From positions 124,001 through 188,000 of IMG/VR virus record IMGVR_UViG_3300028536_000014: DNA of 64,000 bases; one strand, given 5' to 3'. A program made the translations under genes and the position numbers. The notes beneath the pieces are model-generated. The model had not been told where the DNA came from. It was given only the letters and a program-made list of their open reading frames with translations, and did not search any database. Each line of letters starts with the position of its first letter. Position 1 is the first letter of the stretch. Shown here piece after piece: positions 9,512-19,438 of this stretch.

Positions 9512-9605
9512 AACGTTGATTCCTTTTATAGATTCATAATATCTTTTATTTTTATATTTTGATAAAAAAAATACAGCCAAGATATTATTCTTGGCTGTAT
9601 GATAA

Positions 9606-9857
9606 TTACACAATCGGATGTGACCGGTGTTGACCGCCTCCTCCGGAAAGGATCTGAAACAGCTTGTAGAGGATGTAAAACCCAAGGATAGTAAGAGCAA
9701 ATTCGCCCCAGATCCCCCAGAGTAATGCAATGATGAAACAGCCGGATTCAACAGCCTGGCTGGTATAGCCGCGTTTGAACATCAGCTTGACAAGGATGTT
9801 GAAGAGAACGACTGTAACGAGAAGATAGAAAGCGATACCCATGATAGCGGAAAGCAT
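9606..9857 (-). CDS. small membrane protein
   Basis: 83 aa with 2-3 hydrophobic helices; CAGGAG SD. Confidence 0.7.
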   Translation of the reverse strand: MLSAIMGIAFYLLVTVVLFNILVKLMFKRGYTSQAVESGCFIIALLWGIWGEFALTILGFYILYKLFQILSGGGGQHRSHPIV

Positions 9858-9892
9858 GACGGTACTCCTGATGAAATTGATGAATGTTGTAA

Positions 9893-10774
9893 CTAGGCCG
9901 CCTGTGATTGAGGCAGATAGAACTTGGTTTTGCCGATGAAATGTTTCTCGTTGGTTTCGTAGAACATCCCATCACTGAAGACTCGCGGTACCTTCCAGAT
10001 CTGACCGCAAGTAGAAATCAGTCGTTTGATGATGTACCAACGATGATCGGTGTTATTGACGAGACGGGTTGTGACGATACGACCTTCAGTCAAAACCCAA
10101 TTCGGATTGATGCCGCTGGCGAGTAGATTCTTGGTTTCATTCACTGCACGAAGATAGCGAAGTTGGACCGCTGTCTCGTCAACCTTGAGGTCCCATGGGT
10201 GCTGGTAATACAGATACTCGAAGGCCATCTTGATGACAGCAAAGGCCATTGCAAGAGACTGCAGAGTCGTTGTCGATTTGTTCTGGAAAGTATTGATGAG
10301 GTAGCCATACCCCATGATGGTTTCAACATCGATGAGTTTTTCCTCGTTTTTCTCATCATCGATAGACATGATCTGTTCGATCACTTGATGGACCAGTGAT
10401 TCGTACGCACCCGTACGAATTTCGATGCTGGTTTGAACAGGCAGTTCTGTGGTGTTGGGGATATACGCGATATGCTTGACGTGAATCTTGCGTGCTACGA
10501 TTTCAGCCGGCTGGAAACCCAACCAGTACAGAATCGCATCTTTGCTGAAATCTATTTTGTCGATCTGTTCGTATTCAAAAACACGAACTTCAGAGTAAAA
10601 TTTCAGTACTGCCGCTGCAAACAGACTGTTCTCGTCGAATCGATCGTAGATGAAAATCTGCTCTTCAGGTTTGACGCTTTGATTCAGAACTGAAGCATTG
10701 GTGATTGCTTCGAATCGTTCTTGGTTGATCACCGCAACAACCGATACGGGATCGTATTCGATGAGGTCATTCAT
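9893..10774 (-). CDS. hypothetical protein, possibly a degenerate DHH-like phosphoesterase
   Basis: 293 aa; IFIYDRFDENSLFAAAVL loosely resembles DHH motifs I/II but no DHH triad is visible; GC-richer codons. Confidence 0.6.
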   Translation of the reverse strand: MNDLIEYDPVSVVAVINQERFEAITNASVLNQSVKPEEQIFIYDRFDENSLFAAAVLKFYSEVRVFEYEQIDKIDFSKDAILYWLGFQPAEIVARKIHVKHIAYIPNTTELPVQTSIEIRTGAYESLVHQVIEQIMSIDDEKNEEKLIDVETIMGYGYLINTFQNKSTTTLQSLAMAFAVIKMAFEYLYYQHPWDLKVDETAVQLRYLRAVNETKNLLASGINPNWVLTEGRIVTTRLVNNTDHRWYIIKRLISTCGQIWKVPRVFSDGMFYETNEKHFIGKTKFYLPQSQAA

Positions 10775-11073
10775 TCCTGTACTCTCCTAGTGAGTTGAAT
10801 TGAACTTGAATCATTACATCGTGGGTGAAAACGAATTCGTGTATGACACGTTACATCTGTATGGGTTTATTACTCTTTCTGACACACTATCAATTTGTGG
10901 GTTACTGCTGAGTCAGTGGTACACTAACAATCAATGGATGAATTTTTTCTCTTGATGCACGATAAGTCATTGTTGACTAGATTGAAACACTGCTCGATTT
11001 TGGATGAATTGGTATCGATGATACAGTAATCACCTCCGGGTTTATTTATGAGAAAGGTAAATAAAACTCTCAT

Positions 11074-11100
11074 TCACAATTAAAGTATATGTGATTGAAA
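11074..11100 (-). promoter_or_regulatory. putative phage promoter
   Basis: TTTCAATCACATATACTTTAATTGTGA; same ATATACT(C/T)TA core. Confidence 0.55.
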
Positions 11101-11110
11101 TTGGTTAAGA

Positions 11111-11157
11111 ATACTTCCATACACACTCTGGGATTAACCAGGTGTGTATGGAAGTAT
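11111..11157. terminator. long hairpin after the 11162-13777 gene
   Basis: 16-bp stem ATACTTCCATACACAC/GTGTGTATGGAAGTAT plus CTGG/CCAG. Confidence 0.7.
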
Positions 11158-11161
11158 ATGA

Positions 11162-13777
11162 TTAAATGTAATAATAATTGCCAACATCATCGATAGCACC
11201 AGGAGCTGCTAATGCTGATGATCGAACAATGAAGTTAATTTGATTAGCACTACTTAAATGGATCGCAGCACTACGAGGTGTTGGAACGATTGTAAAACTA
11301 CTATTTCCAACATAACCAAAACTAGTGTTACACGGGCTTACATTCAATAAATACATGTAAGGTGCTAGAATGGTTTCAACTTCTGAATCCGTTAATGTTG
11401 GATCAACATCAGCGGTGGTAATAACACCACTCAAGATATCATCAGTAATTTTAGAATGGAACGGACAAATCAACTTATACGGTGAAGCTATTGTTGTTTC
11501 AGTAGCACGCGTTGGGAAAATAAAGTTTGCGTTCATAAATGTTTTCAAGTTACTATCGAGCGTATTAGCAATTTCTCGAAGTGATTCTTGGGAGTCATTA
11601 AGGTATTCCGATACAGGAACAACGTAATGTTGAACCTGATAGGGAAGACCATTCAAACTATTAGTAGGATTATTTCCTGTTGGGTAATCCTGAGAGAATT
11701 TTAATGTGCTAGCAATTTTGATATAACCATCAATAGAGATACGAATAGGTTTGTCGTTCTTAGGAACGTATTTACCACTTGTACCAACATATCCGTTATT
11801 CACAACACCGCTATCTAGCACGTATTCAAACTGAAGACTTCCATTACCAAGACCTGTTACACGATAGTGAAAAAACTGATCTTGAGTGGCAACGTCTTGA
11901 TTTAGATAGTTAAAGTTCGTAATATAAACGTTTGGAAAATCAATGAAATAATCCATATTACGAACTAAAGAACGTGTGTTCATAAATAACGTGATATCAG
12001 ATCCAGGAACAGCAATTGGATATTGTAGTATACCATCACCCTGACCTCGATCCATATATTCCGTTAATTGGAATGTCATCAAGTTATTATTGAATAATTG
12101 TGTAAAGGTATTGGTAGTAAACTTTGAATCATCACGAATCATCATGTATCGTGTATCACTAGGATTAGTCCACGATACGATATTTGCTGTTGTATCAATC
12201 GTATAATCACTTGTATCTGTGATATCAGTCCAATTATATTGCGGTACATCACTGATTTGATCACAAGCAAAAACACGATAAGCATGATTTGGAATATAAA
12301 TAAGATCATTATTTCCACAAGACGATGAAGGTCCGAAGTCAGCTAAACCTTTCATCAATTCAATCATGTTACAATTAAGGTTAGTTGCGGTATATATACT
12401 TCCGCTACTTGAAGTATGATTCTCAAGATACTGACCCGTAACATTATATTCATAACCAGTACAACCGGACTGATAACCAATAGGAATGGGTGTGGATTTC
12501 ACAGAACCAGCAACGGTTGCTTTGATATTCTCAACACCATAATAAAAAGAAATGAAATTATAACCCAAAACAGTTTCAGAAAATTCTTGTGTGATACTCG
12601 TTTGGTCATCTTTCATTGCTTGAATATAAGGTGAATTCTCCATTGTTGGAGCTGAGAAAGTTGCGAAAGTGACAGGATCCTGAATCAACGCATTCAAAAT
12701 AGATGCATTCGGTAATGTATAAAGATCCTTTACTAAAGAAGTATTAGGATAAATAGGTCGATCATAACCTGATTTACGAAACTTGACTTCAACTGAAATT
12801 GTGACAGGTTGCGTTGAAGGATTCAAAGTTGTAATGGAATTGATTACTGCAGTTAAGATTGATGAGCTTAATGCATAATCACGATGTGTTAACATACGGA
12901 TTGATCTATCACTAGAAATAGGATAATGCGCACCGTACGAAACACTACTTGAAAGACTCATAAACAAATCGACTTCTAGATCGTCTTGGTATTCGATCGT
13001 AGTAAAATAACTTGTAGAAGAAGAGTGAAGAATAGATTTACTTTCACTATCTAAACTACTTGTGTAAGTTGGAGCTGATGATAACAAATAAGTTTCAACA
13101 TGTTCTACAGTTGGATCATAGATCCATTCAACATAGTCGCCAGCTGAAACAAATGTTGTATCAGGAGTCTTATACCGTTGACCATTAATGGTCAACGTAC
13201 AATAACCTCTGGTTGTAATCAATGTTTGAATTTGAGTATTGATGGCAGTAATATCCGACGCAGCAGTCAAAATAGAACCACCTGTTTGTAAATTATAATC
13301 TGTTCCAGATGAACGACTTGAGTTATAAAACGCATTCACATAGAAGCGTAAATATAAATCCTCTGTGCTCAAATTAGCCGGAATGATATTGTTATGTTCT
13401 ACTGCAATCAGTAAAGCTTTTTCTTTTGTAAAGAGATAATAACTTCTAAACAAAGGAAATACAATTCCTTTCGATGTATATAAGGTTGTTAAAACATTAC
13501 TTTCTATTAAAGGTTGTGTTAATAAACGCCATTGTTCCATTTCCCAAACATGTTGGTATAAAGGAAGTTGGTCTTGAGATTCATAATAAGTTCCGACCTG
13601 ATAAATAAACCAACCACTCGACTGAGTTGGAAGTTTAATTTCTCGACCTAAAAAATTAAGACTATTAAATATCGGATTAGAAGAATGGAGCCTACCTGGT
13701 TTCATGATCAGTTCTTGATCTTGCCCAGGAGTACACCAAATATTATCGAGAACGAATTGTTCAAGAACGTTTGTCAT
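11162..13777 (-). CDS. virion structural protein (phiKZ gp27-like, probably baseplate)
   Basis: 871 aa; NIWCTPGQD, YQDD, IRMLTHRDYAL and LGYN motifs; lies next to the sheath gene. Confidence 0.75.
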   Translation of the reverse strand: MTNVLEQFVLDNIWCTPGQDQELIMKPGRLHSSNPIFNSLNFLGREIKLPTQSSGWFIYQVGTYYESQDQLPLYQHVWEMEQWRLLTQPLIESNVLTTLYTSKGIVFPLFRSYYLFTKEKALLIAVEHNNIIPANLSTEDLYLRFYVNAFYNSSRSSGTDYNLQTGGSILTAASDITAINTQIQTLITTRGYCTLTINGQRYKTPDTTFVSAGDYVEWIYDPTVEHVETYLLSSAPTYTSSLDSESKSILHSSSTSYFTTIEYQDDLEVDLFMSLSSSVSYGAHYPISSDRSIRMLTHRDYALSSSILTAVINSITTLNPSTQPVTISVEVKFRKSGYDRPIYPNTSLVKDLYTLPNASILNALIQDPVTFATFSAPTMENSPYIQAMKDDQTSITQEFSETVLGYNFISFYYGVENIKATVAGSVKSTPIPIGYQSGCTGYEYNVTGQYLENHTSSSGSIYTATNLNCNMIELMKGLADFGPSSSCGNNDLIYIPNHAYRVFACDQISDVPQYNWTDITDTSDYTIDTTANIVSWTNPSDTRYMMIRDDSKFTTNTFTQLFNNNLMTFQLTEYMDRGQGDGILQYPIAVPGSDITLFMNTRSLVRNMDYFIDFPNVYITNFNYLNQDVATQDQFFHYRVTGLGNGSLQFEYVLDSGVVNNGYVGTSGKYVPKNDKPIRISIDGYIKIASTLKFSQDYPTGNNPTNSLNGLPYQVQHYVVPVSEYLNDSQESLREIANTLDSNLKTFMNANFIFPTRATETTIASPYKLICPFHSKITDDILSGVITTADVDPTLTDSEVETILAPYMYLLNVSPCNTSFGYVGNSSFTIVPTPRSAAIHLSSANQINFIVRSSALAAPGAIDDVGNYYYI

Positions 13778-13786
13778 ACAGAATTC

Positions 13787-14776
13787 TTAAGCAAGACCTT
13801 CGACTGCCAGAGTCGAATGTGTACTCGTGATGTTATAGTCAGATAGAATCTTGTGATACTGCTTGACATAGTCGTCAGCAATTCCTCGTTTACCGACACG
13901 TTCTGCAATTTTATAGATAAGACTCTGACGATAACTACGTTCTTCTAAGGCCGCATGGATGATAGCCATCCAAGTAGGAGGGTGTTCGGTTGCAACCGCA
14001 ATGATATCTTTGCTGTTGGTACCATACCAACTATTCTTCAGAAGTGTTAAAAGTGTTAAAACATTCAAGTCTTTCAAACGAATGTTATCTGTCGTAGCTT
14101 TAACACCCTCGACAAATGTATCAACACCTTTCATCATCGGCATCTTCTCAAAGACTTTATTAACAGTCTTGGCATCAGCTGCAGTGACTTTGCTGGTGTG
14201 AATCTGCCATTTCTGTAATGTTTCTTCATCGTAATCGGTTTCGTCTGTGAAGAGCGATTGATAATAGTAGGATGCTGTGATAGCAATGATTAACTGATCC
14301 ATTGGGTTCAACGCATAAGCTCTAGCCAAAATATCAGCCATCCAACGACCAAACATCATCGTTGAGAAATACAAATTGATTTTCAATGCTTCTACATCTC
14401 CTTCTAACCACTCTATGTTAAGAATGGCGCGAGAACGTGCAAAGTTATATTCAACCTGACTACTGATCGCTGCTGACAATGATGTCAATGTACCGTCAAA
14501 GATCCTTTTCCTCAAATATAAACGCATATCCGTTACCATTAACCGATTTCCATCTCGGGTCCTATAAGCATACGGATGAGCAAATAAGGGGATCTTTTCT
14601 TCAGAATCTTGTAGTGATGTGATAAAAACTGGATATATCGGACCCAGTTTTTTTACATCCAATGAGGACGTCAACAAATTGTCCCGAATCAAGGACTCAC
14701 TTATTGCTTCGGAAAGCCGTGTTGTATTAAACCTGGATCCGAGAGTCGTTTGATACCCATCAGTGAATTTTGACAT
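13787..14776 (-). CDS. virion structural protein (phiKZ gp28-like)
   Basis: IPLFAHP, TDMR, SWYG and VATEHPPTW motifs; divergent from the sheath gene. Confidence 0.75.
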   Translation of the reverse strand: MSKFTDGYQTTLGSRFNTTRLSEAISESLIRDNLLTSSLDVKKLGPIYPVFITSLQDSEEKIPLFAHPYAYRTRDGNRLMVTDMRLYLRKRIFDGTLTSLSAAISSQVEYNFARSRAILNIEWLEGDVEALKINLYFSTMMFGRWMADILARAYALNPMDQLIIAITASYYYQSLFTDETDYDEETLQKWQIHTSKVTAADAKTVNKVFEKMPMMKGVDTFVEGVKATTDNIRLKDLNVLTLLTLLKNSWYGTNSKDIIAVATEHPPTWMAIIHAALEERSYRQSLIYKIAERVGKRGIADDYVKQYHKILSDYNITSTHSTLAVEGLA

Positions 14777-14816
14777 TTCGTTTTATCCAAAAACAGTTTA
14801 AGGAAAGGTTAACCAT

Positions 14817-17348
14817 ATGACGCAGCAAACCATTGTCAATGGTGCAGGTATGACGATCAATCTGGGTACGGACGACCTTTCTAAGAAAGTCGTTCCTATT
14901 ACCCCAGAGCAGATACCACAGCATCTGCCCATGTTTTTCTTATTTGCTCAGAGGGGGAATGGTAAATTTCTCGTCGATGGCAATACGTCTCAACTGATCT
15001 TTGGTAGTTCAACGTTTGATCCGCGTAGCGACTACTTCAATCACGCCACATTGTTTGCCAACGAATCAATCGCACAAGCCAATAGCATTATGGTCAAGCG
15101 TTTGATTCCGACCGATGCTGGACCGATGTCTAACGTTGTCGTTTGGCTTGATGTACTGGTCACAATGGTCGATCTGTACCAGCGTAATCCGGATGGATCA
15201 ATCACGCTGGACTCGATGGGTGATCCAACAATTGTAGGATCGGCTCCTGGTCTGAAAGCCAAATTTGTCAAAACCTATCGTACGACAGTTGTCGAACAAG
15301 AAACGATTGGTGATAAGACAGAAGTCGTTGGTGATCAAACCGATGCTGGTACTGTTGGTACAGTAGCGGTTGCTCAGACAGCAGTTGGAACTACACTGGT
15401 TATGAATAGCGGTGTCGGTATTATTCCGACTCAAGCTGTGACTGGTACCGGTATCGCATCTAACACAACAGTGTCGGCAGTAGCTGGTACAGCCACTACC
15501 ACGACTGCTGCTAATGGTGCTGCATCTTCGGCACAAGCAGTCATTACAGTTGATGCTACTACCGGTCTTGCAGTGGGTATGGTGGTGCGTGATACCACAA
15601 CCAGTGGTGCCATTCCGGTTGGTGCAAAGATTCTATCCATTGGAACTGGCACCATTACACTGAATGTCAATCTAACATCTGGTATTCTGGATAACGATGT
15701 GATCGTTGCTTATCCGACTGTCACATTGTCTGCAGCCACTACTTCTGCTCTTTCGTCTAGTGCCTCTGTCAGTTTTGGTGCTAATGCTACTTCGACGCGC
15801 TATCCGCTCTTCGAATTGCAGAATAGCTATTATGGTGCTGATGGTAACAATACTGGTTTCCGTCTTTGGGCTCCGACAACAGCTGGTGGCAATAGCATGC
15901 CTACAGCCATGATGGCTCAATATAAGGTCTATCCGTATATGTTCTCTGTTATCGAACGTGCGGATGTTAATAGTAATCCTACGTATGACAAGACCATTTC
16001 GGGTGAAACCCAAGTCATGTTTACGTTTGCAGAAGGTGTGATCAATCCGACAACTGATCAGCAGATCGGTTGGGATCAGATCATTCTTCAATCTTACAAT
16101 ATGATCGATAATCCCGGTTATCCGGATGTGATTGGTCGTATCAGCAATATGTATGTCTACGAAGCTAATATCACAACGGTTACAAACCTGATGTGGGAAT
16201 TTGAATCAGTCTATATCGATTCCAACAGTGATATCACTTCGGATTCGACATCGGCTGGTCTGATGAACTTCGTGACGGGTGTGTCTTCTGATAACGTTCC
16301 ATATCAAACCTATCAGTTCGTGGATTCGAGCACTTCTGTTCGCATGTCTCAATATAGCAACGTTTTCCTGTCTGGTGGTGCTGATGGCACGATGGACAGT
16401 ACGATGTATGAAACGTTGGTGTCTGCTGAGATGGATAAGTATGCCGATCCAACAGATGAAGTTCAGGATATTGCGTATAATGTCGAATCGATTATCTACG
16501 ATTCTGGCTTCTCGCTTGATACTAAGTTCAAGCTGGCTGAATTCATTTCTGTTCGTAAAGATACTGTTTGCATTCTCGGCACACATACCGTTGGTGATGA
16601 TACACTAACTGAGTCCGAAGAGCATTCGGTTGCTGTTTCACTTCGTACCCGCCTGCAGATGTATCCGGAATCCGATTACTTCGGAACACCTGTTATGCGT
16701 GGTATGATCATGGGACGCAGTGGTCTTGTTCGCAATAGCGAATATACTCAACGTGTTCCGGCAACATTCGAGATTCTTAGCAAGTTTGCTAAATACATGG
16801 GTGCTGGTAATGGTAACTGGAAATCAGGATCTTCTCCGGAAGGTTCTCCCGGTAACAACATCACTCGGATGAAAGATATCAACATTACCTGGGTTTCTGA
16901 TACCGTTCGTAACTTGAATTGGGATACGGGTCTGAACTGGGTTCTGAGATTTGATCGTTCCAGGTATTTCATTCCGGCTTACAAAACCGTGTATGACGAT
17001 GATACCTCCGTGCTGAACAGCATCGTGGTAGCACTTGCGATTGCTCAGCTGAACAAGATCGCGAACTCGGTCTGGCGAACATTGACGGGCCGTACTGATC
17101 TGACTCCAGCACAACTTTGTGATCGTAGTAATGGTCTTGTTAACGATCGTGTCAAGGGTATCTTTGACAATCGTTATGTGATCATTCCTGCTGCAACGAT
17201 TAGCGATCTGGATAATCTGCGTGGCTTTAGCTGGTCGATGCCGATCAAGATCGGAGCCGATAACATGCGGACTGTGATGACGACTTGGGTTGAATCTTAT
17301 CGTCAAGCAGATCTTGTCCCCAACAACAATGCCCCGACGGGAGGTTAA
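14817..17348 (+). CDS. contractile tail sheath protein (phiKZ gp29-like) with a ~150-aa insertion
   Basis: PQHLP, YFNHAT, LSGGADG, IYDSGF, YPESDYFGTPVMR, KTVYDDDTSVLNS. Confidence 0.9.
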   Translation: MTQQTIVNGAGMTINLGTDDLSKKVVPITPEQIPQHLPMFFLFAQRGNGKFLVDGNTSQLIFGSSTFDPRSDYFNHATLFANESIAQANSIMVKRLIPTDAGPMSNVVVWLDVLVTMVDLYQRNPDGSITLDSMGDPTIVGSAPGLKAKFVKTYRTTVVEQETIGDKTEVVGDQTDAGTVGTVAVAQTAVGTTLVMNSGVGIIPTQAVTGTGIASNTTVSAVAGTATTTTAANGAASSAQAVITVDATTGLAVGMVVRDTTTSGAIPVGAKILSIGTGTITLNVNLTSGILDNDVIVAYPTVTLSAATTSALSSSASVSFGANATSTRYPLFELQNSYYGADGNNTGFRLWAPTTAGGNSMPTAMMAQYKVYPYMFSVIERADVNSNPTYDKTISGETQVMFTFAEGVINPTTDQQIGWDQIILQSYNMIDNPGYPDVIGRISNMYVYEANITTVTNLMWEFESVYIDSNSDITSDSTSAGLMNFVTGVSSDNVPYQTYQFVDSSTSVRMSQYSNVFLSGGADGTMDSTMYETLVSAEMDKYADPTDEVQDIAYNVESIIYDSGFSLDTKFKLAEFISVRKDTVCILGTHTVGDDTLTESEEHSVAVSLRTRLQMYPESDYFGTPVMRGMIMGRSGLVRNSEYTQRVPATFEILSKFAKYMGAGNGNWKSGSSPEGSPGNNITRMKDINITWVSDTVRNLNWDTGLNWVLRFDRSRYFIPAYKTVYDDDTSVLNSIVVALAIAQLNKIANSVWRTLTGRTDLTPAQLCDRSNGLVNDRVKGIFDNRYVIIPAATISDLDNLRGFSWSMPIKIGADNMRTVMTTWVESYRQADLVPNNNAPTGG

Positions 17349-17354
17349 TAGATC

Positions 17355-18230
17355 ATGGCTCGCTCAAGTGCTACATTACTGGGTTCACAAGCTTTTGGTG
17401 AACAACTTACACAATTTGCTACCGATCCCACTTATGGTGGTCAAGGCGGTTGGGCTAACGATCTGACACAATGGCTGAATAACCAGGCTTATGTCAGCAA
17501 ACAAGTCTTTGCGATTGTCATGGAAGCACCAGGTTTCTTCAACTTGATGTCTGATCCCAATAAGTGGGTCGAGATCCTACGTGCATTCTTCGAAACACAC
17601 GTTCGAACAATTGAAGGACTTCACTCGGGTGTCGAATATGAATTCGAAGAACATCCTGTTGGTGGTGCTGGTGAAGTTCAACATGAAGTTGTCAACGCTC
17701 GCCGTACTCCGTCTGCACCTGTCGTCAGTGTGATAGACAAGGTTGGTCTTCCGTTCCAGAACTTCTTCCGTAGCTGGGGTCAGTACGGTATGATGGATCC
17801 GGATACGAAATACGCGTTGGCTTCCAATCTGGACAATACGCCCAGTGAACCATGGACAGCTGATCAATATACGGCAACGGTTCTCTTTATTGAACCCGAT
17901 GCTTCTCACAACCGCGTGGTGAAGGCTTGGTTGTGTACAAACATGATGCCACATAGCAATGGTGAAGAAGATGGTCGTCGTGATATGACAGCTGCTGGTG
18001 AGCTTCTGACGTTATCGATCGAATTCACTGCATTGACTCAGACTGGAGTGGGTGTCCGTACTTTGGCGCAATCCATGCTGGACAATCTGAATCAGACTAA
18101 TGCCAATCCTTATCTGCGTGAATCGTTTATCTCTGATCAGGACAGTGATGTTGCTGTTGCGCAAGATGACTATGCCAACACTATGGCTGAAGTAGCGGAT
18201 ACTGCAGTAAGTCTCCCTGTAAATCCGTAA
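17355..18230 (+). CDS. tail tube protein (phiKZ gp30-like)
   Basis: Directly after the sheath; MMDPDTK, VLFIEPD and AWLCTNMMP motifs. Confidence 0.85.
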   Translation: MARSSATLLGSQAFGEQLTQFATDPTYGGQGGWANDLTQWLNNQAYVSKQVFAIVMEAPGFFNLMSDPNKWVEILRAFFETHVRTIEGLHSGVEYEFEEHPVGGAGEVQHEVVNARRTPSAPVVSVIDKVGLPFQNFFRSWGQYGMMDPDTKYALASNLDNTPSEPWTADQYTATVLFIEPDASHNRVVKAWLCTNMMPHSNGEEDGRRDMTAAGELLTLSIEFTALTQTGVGVRTLAQSMLDNLNQTNANPYLRESFISDQDSDVAVAQDDYANTMAEVADTAVSLPVNP

Positions 18231-18256
18231 TAGTAGAATTGAAGTAAAAAAAATAG

Positions 18257-18286
18257 AGAGGATACAGGCATTAGCCTGTATCCTCT
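18257..18286. terminator. bidirectional intrinsic terminator
   Basis: 13-bp stem AGAGGATACAGGC with an A-run upstream and a T-rich tract downstream; between convergent genes. Confidence 0.8.
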
Positions 18287-18296
18287 TCTTTGTTTA

Positions 18297-19025
18297 TTAC
18301 AACGTGGTAATGTTGATATCGAAATCAAAAGGTCCAAAAGTGTGAGATCGTCCTAGTTTTATTGCTCGAGCAATTTTCTTATCTTCTTCACTTAGACCAG
18401 CTTTCTTTTTATCAAGGAAAGAAAGCATGTTATCAAGATTTCCATTACCACCTTCGACAAACTGTCCTGAGAAATCATGAATTGAAACATTATGAATTTC
18501 GTTTTCAGTATGCTCAACCCTGATTACGAATGGCGAGATAAATTCAGATGTAATTGTATCGAGAACGACGACTGCTAAAGTGGTGTCATCGTTGTTGACA
18601 GTTTCCAGACTGGTAAGAAAATCTTCTTGACTTTCGATATTACCACGATCAAACCGAACCTGATAAGTTGTTTTAGGTATGAGGGTTTTGATGAAATCTT
18701 CTTCAGTACCTTCGTTACCAGCTTGTAACCATTGTTGATAACTAGTTTTGTCATCAGTATTTAAAATATTTTCAGAAGAACTTACATCTTCTTCATTAAC
18801 GTTTGTATCTGGAATAAAGTTTGAAATTGGAAGTTCAATAATTTCACCAACTTCCATTTTATCGATTTGTGCTTGTATTTCTTCATCAATTTCAAAACCA
18901 CTTGATCCCGAGATTTTTATTACATCTTTAATATCTTTTCCATTACAGACAACAACATTAGGTTCATCACTATCCGTCACTTCGCACAAATAACCTGAAT
19001 CTTCCCTACTGATTTTCAATGTCAT
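18297..19025 (-). CDS. acidic hypothetical protein with two 'YxxWxxxGNxGTEEDFLxSL'-type repeats
   Basis: Start reassigned to ATG 19025 (AAGGA SD). Confidence 0.7.
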   Translation of the reverse strand: MTLKISREDSGYLCEVTDSDEPNVVVCNGKDIKDVIKISGSSGFEIDEEIQAQIDKMEVGEIIELPISNFIPDTNVNEEDVSSSENILNTDDKTSYQQWLQAGNEGTEEDFIKTLIPKTTYQVRFDRGNIESQEDFLTSLETVNNDDTTLAVVVLDTITSEFISPFVIRVEHTENEIHNVSIHDFSGQFVEGGNGNLDNMLSFLDKKKAGLSEEDKKIARAIKLGRSHTFGPFDFDINITTL

Positions 19026-19057
19026 GATAAAATCCTTCTGGTAAAACAAGCGAGAAT

Positions 19058-19080
19058 TCCACTAGAGTATATAAAGCTAA
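19058..19080 (-). promoter_or_regulatory. putative phage promoter
   Basis: TTATATACTCTAGTG; core shared with five other sites. Confidence 0.5.
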
Positions 19081-19134
19081 GAATACTTAAGAGCTCATTT
19101 TATATAATAGAATGGAAGATTAAAGGAGAAAACG

Positions 19135-19299
19135 ATGGATCTCATAATTGTGGTTCTGATTCTACTCCTCTTGTTTGGAGGCGGTGGTGGTTTATATTTA
19201 AATCATCATACTCTTGACTTGGGAGGAAACAACATTCTTTATGTTTTATTAGTAGTGGTTATAATCATTATCCTTTTTAGAATGATTGGTCGTCGATGA
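19135..19299 (+). CDS. 54-aa two-helix membrane protein (DUF3309-like)
   Basis: AAAGGAG SD; MDLIIVVLILLLLFGGGGG...ILYVLLVVVIIIILFRMIGRR; below the ORF-track cutoff; followed by a hairpin. Confidence 0.8.
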   Translation: MDLIIVVLILLLLFGGGGGLYLNHHTLDLGGNNILYVLLVVVIIIILFRMIGRR

Positions 19300-19319
19300 T
19301 GTTTTAATGTGAGAACTAA

Positions 19320-19350
19320 CTCTACTACAACTATGAAAGTTGTAGTAGAG
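19320..19350 (+). terminator. hairpin after the small membrane gene
   Basis: 13-bp stem CTCTACTACAACT, loop ATGAA. Confidence 0.65.
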
Positions 19351-19362
19351 CGTGTGTTTATG

Positions 19363-19406
19363 CAAAAAAAAAACCACTCCGGCGGCAAACACACGCCAGG
19401 AGTGGT
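19363..19406 (-). terminator. intrinsic terminator
   Basis: ACCACTCC/GGAGTGGT plus GGCG/CGCC stem followed by a run of about 10 T on the minus strand. Confidence 0.7.
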
Positions 19407-19438
19407 GTCGCAAATGGGCGACATGTACATCAACAGTG

